A stretch of DNA of 64,000 nucleotides from Vicugna vicugna (Eukaryota). Position 1 is the first letter of the stretch. Each line of letters begins with the position of its first letter. The notes beneath the pieces are model-generated. The model did not search any database and was not told the origin of the DNA. It saw nothing but the letters and a program-made list of their open reading frames with translations. The stretch is from the NCBI GenBank assembly GCA_013265495.1, contig MU061578.1, positions 319,308 through 383,307 of the forward strand, in the 5' to 3' direction. A program made the translations under genes and the position numbers. Below are positions 50,981-63,717 of the stretch, one piece after another.

Positions 50981-51350
50981 GGTTTCAGCTTTACTGAGGT
51001 ATAACTGAGAAACATAAATTTTACATATTTAAGGTATATAACTTAATGTCTTAATATACATTGTGAAATAAGCACCACAATCAAACTAATTAACATACCT
51101 AACACCTTGCCAAGTTACTATTTTCTTTTTCTTTCTTTTTTTTTTGTGGTGAGAACTTTTAAGATCTACCCTCTTAGCAAATTTCATATATACAATACAG
51201 TAGTATTAATTATAGTCACTATGCTGTACAGGAGATCTCCAGAAGTTTTTCGTCTGATAGTTGAAAGTTTGTACCTTTTGACCAACAGCTCCCCATTTCC
51301 CCCAGTCCCAACATTTAGCAACCACAATTCTACTCTCTGCTTGTATGAGT
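50981..51350 (-). mobile_element. L1MA9-like 3' end inserted in an old MLT1 LTR (~50600-51450)
   Basis: 'cagctttactgaggtataactga...gtgagaacttttaagatctaccctcttagcaaattt'. TSD taaacttt (50973-50980, 51351-51358). Confidence 0.85.
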
Positions 51351-53706
51351 TAAACTTTATTTTTAACATGAGGGAGAAAAAATATTCTATCTCATTTAAA
51401 CCCCATACTCTTGGCTTTTCTGTTTAATATAGCCAATAACTGATCCAAGAAAATAACTTAACACTTCCCTATGTACAGTCCATAGCCAAGACTCCCCAGC
51501 TTCTAGATATGGGGTTCTTTCCCATCGGTCATTTAAATTCAGATCCCAGTGTGAAGTCAGTTTGTGTTAGAGATAATTTCATAAGACAGCAGCATTGGAA
51601 GGTAAGTATCTTCATTTGTGGTCTTCCCTTCTAATATCCTTAGGCCATGGAATCACTGTGCACATTTTCTCTACCACCATGCCTGTGGTGTGATGAGTAG
51701 CATTTCTTTCTTACCTTACTCTTCTCACGCCAGCCTAGCAGACTGTCGACTGCGTCTAAACACACTCCATTATCATCAAGGCAAATGGGTGGCTGGAACC
51801 CCCTTGCCAGGCAAGTCAACTGGAGCAAATTGACATTGCACTGGAGCAAACTGGAGGCCTAACGAGCAATCTGGGTAAGTTTGGGGACGGCTGACACTGC
51901 TCAATGACTCGGATTTCCAGAGACAGTTTAATGTCAGCATCAGTGGATTCCACATTGGCAGCGTCCTACCCTCCACTTCAACTCCACACCCGCTGACATT
52001 TTCCCTTCTTTCAAATTGGCAGCAGGAGCCAGGGAAAACCTAAATTTAACCTCCAGAGAATATACCACATGACATTTGTGGGCCTTGCATGTTCGGTTTA
52101 AGACTTTGAAAGCTAATTTAGCCATGCGATGCCTCCGTAAGTGATGAGGGTTGGTACACCTGAACTTCTGTCATTGTTAGCCACTGTGGTTTCACTCTGT
52201 CTCCCGAGACTTCACTCCTTAATAACTGCTATCTTAAGCCCCAGAGGATAGCACTAATGAGTATTTGAAAATGCCAGGTTCTTGGCACCGTGTGCTGATT
52301 TAAAAAAAAAAAAAACTAAATAACACCCATCAGTGTAATGGTCACTCAGTGAGGGGTGTGGGGCATGTATTATGCATGACTTGCCCCGTCATTTCCATCT
52401 CTCCCTTGAATTCCCACATTCTAAGTACAAGCAATTAAGCGGCTCCTGGATCAAATCTTAATTAATTTGAGGTTCTGAGACCAAGACCCTGAAATAAAAT
52501 GCCATAGAAGCAATACATGTAAAAAATCACTAAACCATGAAGGGGACAATAATACAAGGATTAGCTTCGGAGAGATCAATGATGGCGGCTTGGTGACATA
52601 TCTCTCTTCTCAGTCTGGGCTTTCCAGCATAGAATGGTGCTGTTCAACTTTGAAATTGCATTTTGAGTTCCCGGAATCTACCATGAAATATCTGACACTG
52701 AATCAACCTGTTAGGTAACAATTCCTCAGGCTAAAGGACTTTCTTCTTTGCCTTTACATTTTCAGCATCTAACACATAGTAGGTATTCAATAATTCTGGC
52801 TAGCTAACTTGAACATAACTAATCAACTCTCCACACTCTTGACATGAGCACCGATGTTCTACACTGCCTGGTGAGTCTTGACAAAGGTCTGCTTGTTACA
52901 TGATGTCCTATCTAGTTGGCATATATAAACCTGGGAAACCTTTTGGTTTGGAGATGGCTACAGCTAGAAAATGCTACCTTTTTGGAATTGCTAGAAACTC
53001 TATTTGATTTGATCTTCATATGTTGCTCTGAAAAATCATATTGACATTACTCTTTCCTCCATAGCATTTAAAGTCTTTAAAGTGGCCAAGTAATCTTGAG
53101 CGCAAATAACAGGATTCCCATCTGGCAGGCATATGACCACTGCCAGCTATTTGGCTGTGAACATTATCAGAGTGTGTCCGTCCATTTAAGCCTTTGCTAG
53201 GCTTATTGACTTTTATTTTTCAAAATTGCCTAGCTAATGTCAACATTAGCCAGTGTCAGAAATTGACCAGAATAAACCCACAGAACAGGTATAGCCAGCT
53301 TACTTACATATTCCAGAATGAAGCTCGATACATTATTCATTCAGTTAGTAAAAGACAGTCATTTCTTTCTCTGTGTTCATTTGTGTTTGTTATAAGCATG
53401 GTTGTTTTGTGGTAGCCGAAGGCTGTGGAAACCTTACCAAGGCTCCTTACTCTTTTTTCCAGACATAAATCTCCCCAGTTTAAAAAACCCGAGAGAGAGA
53501 GCAGTTGTAAGAAAGGGGAGAAGAAAAAAGAGGAGGGGAAAAAGGAGGAGAGGAAAAAGAAGACCTCCCCATATAACAGCAAATAAAGAGGAATCAGAAA
53601 AAGTGAATAACAGTTTTATCTCCAGTATATAGAACACCAAGTTCAGACACAAGTCCTCCAATCCAACAGGGAGTAGTAGAAATGCAGATCACTTTAAAAG
53701 AACATC

Positions 53707-54493
53707 TTCAGAGAAGACATACAGATGGCCAACAAGTCCATGAAAAGGTTCTTAACAACAGTACTCATCAGGGAGATGAAGTCAACACTACAATGAGCTG
53801 TCACTTCATACTTGTTGGAATAACTCATCAAGATGACAAGAGCTAACAAATGTTAATGAGGATGTAGAAGAAAATGGAACCCTGTATAATATGGGTGAGA
53901 ATGTAAACTGGTTCAGCCACTGTGAAAAACAGTATGAAGGTTTAATATATATAATGGAATATATATATATAAAAAATATATATAAATGGAATATTATTCA
54001 GCCATAAAAAAGGAGATCCTGCAATTTGTGACACTATGCAAGAAACTTGAGGGCATTATGCTAAGTGAAATAAGTCAGACAGAGAAAGACAAATACTATA
54101 TGATCTTATTTATAGGTAGGATCTAAAAAAACTGAAGTCATAGAAACAGAATTGGTTGCCAGGAGTGGGGGGTGGGGAGGGGAAACGGCTGAAGGTGGTC
54201 AAGGGTACAAACTTCCAGTTACAAGATGAATAAGCTGTGGGGATATAATGTGAGCACTGTAAGTACAGTTAACAACACTGCACTGTATTCTTAAAATTTG
54301 CTAATAGATCAGATCTTCAAAGTTCTCACCACATACATAAAAATGGTAACTATGTGAGGTGATGGATGCTTTAATGAACCTCACTTTGGTCATCATTTTG
54401 CAATGTATACATGAATCAAATCATCATGTTGTATACTTTAAACTTACACAATGTCATATGTCAATTATATCTCAACGCAGCTGGAAAGTAAAG
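53707..54493 (+). mobile_element. Truncated L1 (L1MA9-like 3' UTR) with internal deletion
   Basis: 'gaagacatacagatggccaac...tgtcaattatatctcaa'. TSD aaagaacatc (53697-53706, 54494-54503) after TTT/AAAA. Confidence 0.88.
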
Positions 54494-55046
54494 AAAGAAC
54501 ATCCTTACTTCAGGGAAATAGCTGCTCCTGGAGAAGGAGACTTTGACTTTGGCATTTCAAAGAGCTCTACTCAATAAAGGAAACGAGGTGGGGTTTTGAG
54601 AAGCTGCAGCAGAGGTGCAATCAAGGTCACAGAGAAGAAATGCAGAACAGCCCTGATGCCTAACTCCTGCTTTGAGGAAATCTGCTCCCTGAACTGCTAG
54701 ACCACCTGATGTGAATTTGAGCTGATGGGCTTAATGTGCGATAGCAGGCAGTTTTCAAAATAGCTACTAAGCACTGGCCACCTCAAGAACTGAGATTACT
54801 TTAACTGACTCTTCATCAACATGTATTTGTTCTGGATTGGTAAGAGGTTTTTGGAACCCACAACCACAACTGACAAATAAATCTGCTAAGGGAACAATAT
54901 TGTGCCTCTGAAAATTTCAAACACAGTAGACTGCTTCCTTTTTCTTGCACTTTATTGGCAAGAACCCCGATTGGCATAGCGTTATTTTGACTGCTATCCA
55001 TCAACAATTCAGAAGAATTAATAATGCATTTATATCACAGGCTAGT

Positions 55047-55436
55047 AGTGCCATAAAATTATTTATAAATGTTTAATAAATATTCTATAATGCTTTTGGA
55101 ACACATGTTATAAATGATAAATAAATAACAATGGATTCCTTATGAAATATTTATCCTCAGCATGGTTATTGTTATGTTATAACTGCTCGGGAAGCCATTA
55201 CTAACAAAGTGAATTGAGTTATCAAAGTTACAGATATGTTTAGCCCACCATTCATAAAGAAATGTGCAACACTTAAAATGAAGTAAAGGTACTAGAAACA
55301 GTTGTTAACAAATTGTAACTGTCTGAGTCACCACTCATACTTAGCAGTTCACAGACATAAAAGATTGACAACTATTTAATAATCTATGCCTCACGAAAAA
55401 TTGGATCCTGGTGTCTTATAAAATATTGTGGACTCT
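55047..55436. mobile_element. Probable MER121-like ancient repeat
   Basis: ~390-bp AT-rich unit with imperfect inverted ends 'agtgccataaaattatttataa' / 'ttataaaatattgtggactct'. The left arm resembles my recollection of the MER121 consensus. Confidence 0.5.
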
Positions 55437-55669
55437 TTATGGATTCTTCTCTGTGAATGGTAACATTGACGCATGGAGCCTTCCCCAGCTTCTCACAGGT
55501 TCAACAGGGCATGGAGCAAAAGTTCAACAGATGACCTTGCATTTGTCCTTTTTGAAGGCACTGCCTGGATGGGAACAGCGTACCTAGGATAGCCAGGGGT
55601 GACCACCTAAGAGGAGTTCCATATTTGGAACACTTAATTTTTAAAAATCAACAATAAAATGTTTTCATT

Positions 55670-56330
55670 TTTTTAATTGAGGCATCATTTACATATAGTA
55701 AAATTCATCATTTGTACACAGTTCCATGGGTTATGAAAAATGCCCACAGACATCTAACCAATCCCAAATTCAAGTACCCCCACCCCCAACTTTTCCCATG
55801 CCTCTTGCAGTCAGCTCCTTCCCTATTCCAGCTCCTGGAAACCAATGCTCTGGTCTCCATCTCTTCAGATTTGCCTTTTCAAGACTGTGATTATAAATGG
55901 ACTCATACTTTTATAGCCTTCTAAGTTTGGATTCTTTCAGTATATGCATTTGAAACTCATCCACTGATGTATATATCAGTAGTTCACTCCTTTTTATTGC
56001 TGCATAGTATTCCATTATATGCAAATACTATAGTTTGTTTATTCATTCACCAAGTGAAGGGATGGTTGGTTTCTTTGTCAGTTTTTGGCAATTGTAATAA
56101 ATCTGCTATTAACATTTGGATACAGGTTTTTGAATGAATATAAATTTTTATTTTTATAAGGTAGATACATAGGAGTGGGGCTCCTGGGTCATATGGTAAA
56201 TATATACTTTTATAAGAAAACACCAAACTGATTCCCAAAGTGGCCACATCATTTTGGTTCCTATCAGTGAAGTCTGAGTGCTGGCTGCCCTGCATCATCA
56301 TTGGCACATGGTATTGCCATTTGTTTTTTA
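55670..56330 (-). mobile_element. Old L1M 3' fragment
   Basis: 'ttttaattgaggcatcatttacatatagtaaaatt...cctttttattgctgcatagtattccatt...gggtcatatggtaa'. Confidence 0.85.
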
Positions 56331-56759
56331 AATACCATGAGGATTGTGGTGTATCAGTGGATACGTGTTTTTATGTAGCCACAGTAAAATGGAAAAACAT
56401 TTTGCTATCATGTAATATGAACCAAAAGCATCCCTGAGTTTCAGTCCTTGTCAGTTGGGATATAAAGTGTCAGGTTAGACAAAGGATGGGGTAAATCTCA
56501 GAGATGAAATGCAACCGTCAGCTATGCAAGATGCCTGTTAATAAAATACTAAGCAAGTCAAATTAAAGGTGATTTTTAAGCTGTGTAAAAATATTCTAGT
56601 TCAAATTAGCCTGGCCAATGTGGTGAATATCCTAATAGTTGGCATTTTAACAGATGTATTTTCTCTCTTTTCTTATCCTTATTAACCAGTGACCTAGGTT
56701 TTATATGGAAAATGTTTATTTCCTTATTAAACATGAGCTTAGAGAGGTTTTAAATGTAG

Positions 56760-56980
56760 CAGCAATCATTTACTATATGTTGAATACTTTAATTCATATA
56801 ATCATTACAGCAACCCTAAGAGGCAGGCATTATGATACCCATTTTACAGACGAGAAATATTAATCTCAGGGAGGTTGAATAACTTAGCCAAGCTTGCCCA
56901 GTTAATTAGTAGCAAAGTAAAGATTTAAACCCAGGTTTGTCTGAACACAAACTCCATGCATTTTTCCAAGGCAGTATGCT
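56760..56980 (-). mobile_element. MIR SINE
   Basis: 'cccattttacagacgagaaa...gaggttgaataacttagccaag...gatttaaacccaggtttgtctga'. Confidence 0.85.
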
Positions 56981-57010
56981 AACCAAAAGTATAGTAAAAT
57001 TCTAAAATGA

Positions 57011-58298
57011 CCCTAACATATATGGTCAAATAATTTTCAACAAAAATGCCAAGACCATTCAGTGAGGGGAAGTTTTTTCAACAACTGATGCTGAGGAAAC
57101 TGGATATTCACATACAAAAGAATGAAGCTGGACCTTTTCCTTACATCATATACAAAACTGAACTCAAAATGGATTAAAGGCATAAACATAAAGAACTAAA
57201 ACTATAAAACTCTTGGAAGAAAAGATAGAGGAAAATGGATCATGACAATGGATTTGGCAATGATTTCTCAGGTATGACACTAAAATCACAGCAACAAAAG
57301 AAAAAGATATATATCAACTGGAGTTCAACAAAAGTAGAAACTTGTGCTTCAAAGGACACTATCAACTGTGAAAAGACAACCCATAGAATGGGAGAAAATA
57401 TCTGCAAATTATCCATCTGATAAAGCATTAATATCCAGAATACATAAAGAACTTCCTACAACTAAAAACAACAAAACCCAATTAAAAAGTGGGCAAAGGA
57501 TTTGAATAGACATTTCTCCAAGGAGATATACAACTAACTGGCTGATATACACATGAATAGATGCTTAACATTAGGGTGGCTACTATCAAAAAAATAGAAA
57601 AGAAATGTTGAGGATGTGGAGACATTAGAACCCTTGTGCACTGTTGGTCAGAAAGTAAAATGGTACAACCACTGTTGAAAACAGTATGGCAGTTCCTCAA
57701 AAAATTAAATATAGAGTTACCATATGATCAACTAATTCCACTTCTAGGTATATAAACAAAAGAACTGAAAGCAAGGACTCAAAGAGATATTTGTACACCA
57801 AATCCATAGCAGCATTATTTACAACAACCAGAGGTGGAAATAACCCAAATGTCCATTGACATATAAATAGATAAACAAAAATGTGATACACACACATAAT
57901 GGAAAAGGAATGAAATTCTGATGCATGCTACAACATGGGTGCACCTTGAAGACATCGTGCTATGTGAAATAAACCAGCCATAAAATATTATGTAATATAT
58001 TATATAATATAAATATTATTATATGATTCTACTTTTATGAGGTACCTAGAATAGTCAAAATTCATAGAGACAGAATGTAGAATAGTTGGTCCCAGGGACA
58101 GAGGCAAGGAGGAATGGATGCTACTGTTTAACAGACACAGAATTTCATTTTGGGAAGATGCAGACCTGGAGATGGATGGATGGTGGTGATGGCTGCACAA
58201 CAATTTGAATAGACTTAATGCCGCTGATCTGCACGATTAAAAATGGTTAAAATGGTAAATTTTGTGTTATGTATATTTTATTACAATTTTTTAAATCC
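57011..58298 (+). mobile_element. Truncated L1MB-type element
   Basis: ORF2 end and 3' UTR ending 'aaaatggtaaattttgtgttatgtatattttattacaattttt'. TSD tctaaaatga (57001-57010, 58299-58308). Confidence 0.9.
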
Positions 58299-59651
58299 TC
58301 TAAAATGAGAAAAATTAGCATATAAGGTTTAAAAGTGATTCACAGAGGGTCCTATGAAAAAGAAACAAAAATAGGAAGCCTGAGGATGTTTGATAAAAAT
58401 TCTCTACACCATAGGTCAGAGGAGCGGAGTATAGGTAGATGTGGTATCCTGGGACTCACAATACTTGCAAACAACTTTCTGCATTCTTACGATTTTCCAA
58501 GGGGGAAATAATTCCCACCTTGAAAAATGCCCGGAGTTAATATTTTCCTTATATTATTTTAACCACCAGCCACTTCTCAGGCCCAATATTCACCAGCTCT
58601 TATAATTAAATGGGGACAGGTTGAAAAGATGGCACATTAATTAAGAATGAATTACCCTGGACCACTGCAGAGTTCCTCATGTAAGAGTTACATTAATAGT
58701 AAAAATCAGCTCCTCATTATTAGGGAGGAAAAGGAGAACTAAGAATGAGATCCTCATTTTCTGCTAGATAGTACTGCTGAGCTGATTTAACATCTTGGAT
58801 CTTAAGCTCCTCTTGAATTCAGTGAAGCTTCACGACTATTAAAATACTCAGGATTCAACTGATACACCAAAAATAAAATGGAAACTCATCTGCATAACAA
58901 AGCCTGGGAAAAAGTAGGTACTGCATCAACCACTGCCAGATCTCAGTTTTTTCAACAAGCTCTGAGTCTTTCAGATGAATACAACACAATAAGCTGCATC
59001 ATTTGAAGGTTAAGTGTTTGCTTTGGGCAACCAGGATAAAGGGATGCAAGTTAAGATGCAAACATTCTAGCAGTGAGTATATGTGTGTGTGGGGCGATGA
59101 AAAGGAAAGAATTAAGACGGTTTTTTAAGGTCTTAGAGAGCCCCTATATTTCCTGTTGTGTGAGCTCTCTGTCCTACTCATGTCCCTTTAAACCTAAAAA
59201 AGATGTATTCACCACACTTCTTCCAGTCCATGAAATCAAATCTCAAATGTTATCTAACTTCTAGGGTAGCAGCTTAAAACTCCAATACCCTTAGAAGTCA
59301 GAGAGGTCCCATAAATTGGAGGAACGAGTCAGGTCTGAGTGGTAAGTACAATACATATTAAGCTTTCTGTAACTTTAAACAATTTTTTTTTTAGGATTAA
59401 AAAAAAATCTGATTTGGATATCCTGATTTAGGATAAAGAGGACTGAATGGAAATCTCTTACTTTGTGTTCAATCTAAATTTAATTTTTCTTGTTGATAAT
59501 CATATCTATTTAAAAAAGAAATGAGTTTATTGTAAAAGCACACAGGCACACAGAATAAAAGAGAAAGAAAAGGGATGAGCTGGTGATTGGACTGAGCTTC
59601 CTGATAGCCAAGAGAAATAGAGAAATGGTGCATTAAAAACTTTCTTTGTCT

Positions 59652-59841
59652 AGGGGGAAGGGTATAGCTCAAGTAGCAGAGCACATGCTTAATGTGCATG
59701 AGGTTGTAGGTTCAATTCCCAGTACTTCCTCTAAAAATAAATAAACCTAATTACCTTCCTCTGCCAAAAAAAATTAGAAAATAAGAAATAATGAAAGACA
59801 ATAAAAATCAACATGAAGCATATAAAAATTTTTTAATCTTA
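59652..59841 (+). mobile_element. tRNA(Ala)-derived SINE of camelid type
   Basis: Head 'ggggaagggtatagctcaagtagcagagcacatgcttaatgtgcatgaggttgtaggttcaattcccagtac' with A/B boxes, then 'aaataaataaacctaattacc'. 17-bp TSD aaaaactttc(t/a)ttgtct (59635-59651, 59842-59858). Confidence 0.88.
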
Positions 59842-60392
59842 AAAAACTTTCATTGTCTGATTAATAATTGATCTTATCAGGTCTTTAGGAACACCAAACC
59901 TTTTAACTGAAGTTTACATATTAAGATGGGACCAGATATGAACTGGAAAAGACTATCACGCAGAAGGAAGCAAGAAGAGAGCCAGAGGAAGTTACGTCCT
60001 GGGCTGGTGATGACGACTTTCATATTCGTTCATTCATCAAATACTTACTGAGTGCCTACCATGTGCTAGGGACTGTTCTAGATATTTAGGGCTAATGAAT
60101 GAAGTAAATAAAGATTTCTACCGCTGTTCTAGTAGAAGTGGGAAGATATGCAAACCATGTAATAAACAAGCACATTGAATGTTATGCGAAAAGCGATACA
60201 CACTACAGAAAAAAAGAGAAAATGCAAAGCAGGGTACAGGGGATCCGGCATGAGATGGAAATAGTAGTAACTGCTCTTCCTTTATCACAAGATTGCTCTG
60301 AGAATCAAAGGGAATCATGTGGGGAAAGCGTTTCGTAGGTTATTTTGTACAATTCAGTAGATAAAATCACTGGAAGGTTGTTTTCCAAAGCT

Positions 60393-60420
60393 ACACACAC
60401 ACACACACACACACACACAC
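60393..60420 (+). repeat. (CA)n microsatellite
   Basis: Directly visible. Confidence 0.97.
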
Positions 60421-60829
60421 GAATGTCTGGCTGTTAGACTACTCCGAAGGACATCCACCCTGTTTTCTCTCCTAGTAAATAATCATCTGTTAGTAGGGAA
60501 ATATCCTTGGTTGTTAGCCAATAGCAATTAGAAGATGACATTTCAAAAGGTGAAAAGGAATCAACATAAGACCCTGTGCCTTGGTTGGTATCTCTCTAGT
60601 TTCCAATCCACTGGTGACACCATTAGGGCCACAATGGCCAGTAAACCAATTACAGCCTCCCTGCAGCCCACTGGTTGCTGACTTCTCTTTCCTTCACCTG
60701 CTGACAGCTGAAGGGGAAACAGTCATACCATCCCTTTCCTTTATCTATACAGGCACATGATGGTTAAACACTCAAACTGACTAGCGGAGTGTTCATCACA
60801 ACTGAAACTAGTGAGCAAAAGACAAGTTA

Positions 60830-61150
60830 CAGCTGAACCTTGGTATCCATGGGAGACTGGTTCCAGAACCTCTCTCAGATACCAAAATCCACGGATGCTC
60901 AAGTTCCTTACATAAAATGACATATCATATTTGCATATAAGTTACACACTCCCTCCTATATAGTTTAAATCATCTCTGATTACCTAATACAATGTAAATT
61001 TTAGGTAAATAGTTGCCAATGTGTGGCAACTCCAAGTTGTGTGTTTTGAAACCTTCTGGAGGCGTTTTCTTTTTTCCCTGAATATTTCCCATCCGTGCTC
61101 AATGGGACCCAGTGAAGTGGAACCCTTGGATGTGGTGAGAGGGCCCACTG
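60830..61150 (+). mobile_element. MER2/MER2B TcMar-Tigger MITE
   Basis: 'cagctgaaccttggtatccatggg...gataccaaaatccacggatgctcaagt...gagggcccactg'. TA TSDs at 60828-60829 and 61151-61152. Confidence 0.9.
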
Positions 61151-61221
61151 TACGTGACGAACTGTCAACAGAATTAACCAAACAACCAAATACATTATGT
61201 AAAGTTCCTTTGGAATTTCTT

Positions 61222-61405
61222 TTTTTTTCATTTTTTTATTGAGTTATAGTCATTTACAATGTTGTGTCAAATTCCAGTGTAAGAGCACAATTGTTATACA
61301 TGAACATACATATATTCATTGCCACATTTTTTTTCGCTGTGAGATACCACAAGATCTTGTATATATTCCCCTGTGCTATACAGTATAATCTTGTTTATCT
61401 ATTCT
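61222..61405 (-). mobile_element. Very short (184 bp) camelid-type L1 3' end
   Basis: Closely matches 46170-46345. Perfect 14-bp TSD ctttggaatttctt (61208-61221, 61406-61419). Confidence 0.92.
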
Positions 61406-61834
61406 CTTTGGAATTTCTTGTTTCTTTAGAGATCTAAATAGCCCTTATTCCATCAAGTTCTTGGTTGATAAGATGGTGGAGACAGGATTTCCTGGTGGAC
61501 TGGATGTAGGGTACTTGAATAAGACAGGAACTAAGAGAGCCTTTGCAGTATTTGTTCTGAGCTGTTAAAAGGATCAGAGTGCCTTCAGCTGAGATGAAGA
61601 AGGCTGCGGATGAAGGATTTGAAGGAAGGATCAGAATTTAGTTTTGGATATGCTGAATTTGTGGTATCAATTAGATCTCCAGAGATGTTGAGAAAGGAAG
61701 TATATATATGAGTCTGGCATTTAGGAGAGAGTTCTGGACTGGAGATCTGAATCTGAGTTTTTAGCATATAGATGGTGATATATATGGAGCGTGTCTATGG
61801 AGAGTGAGTGTAGATCAAGAAGAGAGGAGGGTCA

Positions 61835-61937
61835 GAATATATGTATGTATATGTAGGACTGAAACATTATGCTGTACACCAGAAATTGACACAATGCTAT
61901 AAAATGACTTTTCTTCAATTAAAAACGTGGAAAATAA
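61835..61937 (+). mobile_element. ~100-bp L1 3' end nested in a minus-strand L2 (~61480-62140)
   Basis: 'atgctgtacaccagaaattgacaca...ttcaattaaaaa'. 18-bp TSD aagaagaga(g/a)gagggtca (61817-61834, 61938-61955). Confidence 0.85.
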
Positions 61938-63717
61938 AAGAAGAGAAGAGGGTCAAGGAATGAGTCCTGAGTCACTCAAATACTTAGAGGAAAAGAGAGG
62001 GTACAAGGGAGGAAGCAGAGGAGGAGACTGAGTGGAAATGTATAGTGAGGTGGGAGGAAAACCAGGAGTAAGATGTTCTGGAAGGCAAATTAGAAAGAGC
62101 ATCAAAGAGAAGGAAGTGAACTATGCCAAACATTGCAATGTTAAAATCTATAAATTAGTGGATACCTGCAATGATTTCCATTCTGCACAACACTCACAGC
62201 TTAAGCCAAATGACCCCAGGAATCTTGTGAGTAGGAAGTATGGTCCTGATTGTACCAGTGAAGAGTTCAGTGAGACTGGGTAGCTGCCCAGGGTCACACT
62301 GCTTTAAGTGCCTGAGCTTGAATTCAAGCTCAAGACACCCTTCAACTCTGATGCCCAAACTCCTTGTGCTACACCCCCATTTACCTATCTTCTCTTCATA
62401 ATCCCTCCTCCAACTTTTGGGAAGGGTGGAAGGCAAAGGAAAGAGAGCTTTAGGGATGCTCTTATTCATTTTATGTCATCTTTCACAAATTAATCTAGTG
62501 GAAAAAGTAAGCCCAATACCATATTGGGTCTGAATTACTGACAGCCATTCCTATTACTACCAGGAAAAGACATCATTTGGGAGAAATAAAGCCCCTCACC
62601 TCACTCTACCTTTCTATTATTTAAAAAAAGGCCTTTCAACTCTGTGACTATTATTTAACACTGTAAAGTGATGAGGAATTAGAAAATTGTTAGGTAGCAG
62701 GTGACAAGTTACAATCTGATAGGCCAACATGAACCTATAAAAATGTTATCAAGATGATATTAAACAGGCTATTCCTTACTTAGCATCCAGGCAGGAAATT
62801 GGAGCTATTCTTGCTGGGACATCTTAGACTTGATATTTTTCATTTAGGTAATGGTATTTAAAATTTAACTGGATTACCAGTAATTTGTCTTTCAAAATGA
62901 TGTACCTGAGCACTTGACTTAGAATACTCTTACTAGTTTTCGGCGAAAGGTATCTGATGCTTTCTGGAATTTCTGGAACATTTTTTTTGGCAATGATTTT
63001 TTGTTTCATAAGAAAGAAAAAGGAAAAAAGGAAGAAAGGAAGAAAGAAAGGAAGAAAGGAAGAAAAACAAAGAAAACCACGATTTCCCACTTTGCTATGT
63101 GGCAGTTGGACAAGATACAATTGGGTCTATGAGTGTCTTATGGCATGAACTGTGTCTTTTGTAGTTTATTGTTCTGTCCTCAGAGCTCAGCAGAAATTGC
63201 ATGTCACATAGTAGGAACCCAATTTACATTTGTTGAGTGAATGTTTTATTTATCTATATTGAACCTGCACTTGGTATATCTAACACAGAACAGGTGCAAA
63301 ACGAGTACCTCCTGCAGCAGGCTACTCAGTATAGGTGAATAAGAACCCCCTGCAGCACAGAATCACCTCTAAAAATTCACCTTATACCTCCTTTCTCATA
63401 GATCTTGAATCTGGGGTGAATCTCCTTTCCAAGACTAAGCTTTTTTTTTTCCCCAGAAAGGCAAACATCTGTTCTTGTCTAAAAGTAGACTTAGAGATAG
63501 TAAAATTTTGAGTGGTGTCTGGTAAGTGGGAGGAGGATAACTGTACATATGGTCACAAAATTGTACATAAAAGCCAAAAATACTTCTTAAAAAGCTATAT
63601 CATATGAAAACAATAACATAAAAACCAGCTGGGTTTGCCTCTCAGATCATATTTTAAAAGACCGAGAAGAAAGGGAGAGGGGATGAAGAAATTCTTTCTT
63701 TTATTCAAAAAAGTTAT

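Noticed and set aside
53510..53562. Polypurine tract (also ~63010-63075, and pyrimidine tract ~21220-21280)
   Set aside because: Ordinary low-complexity sequence with no clear long mirror symmetry. It explains the K/R- and F/L-rich pseudo-ORFs.
59652..59730. tRNA-Ala gene
   Set aside because: Degenerate stems, SINE-specific tail and a 17-bp TSD show it is a retroposed SINE.
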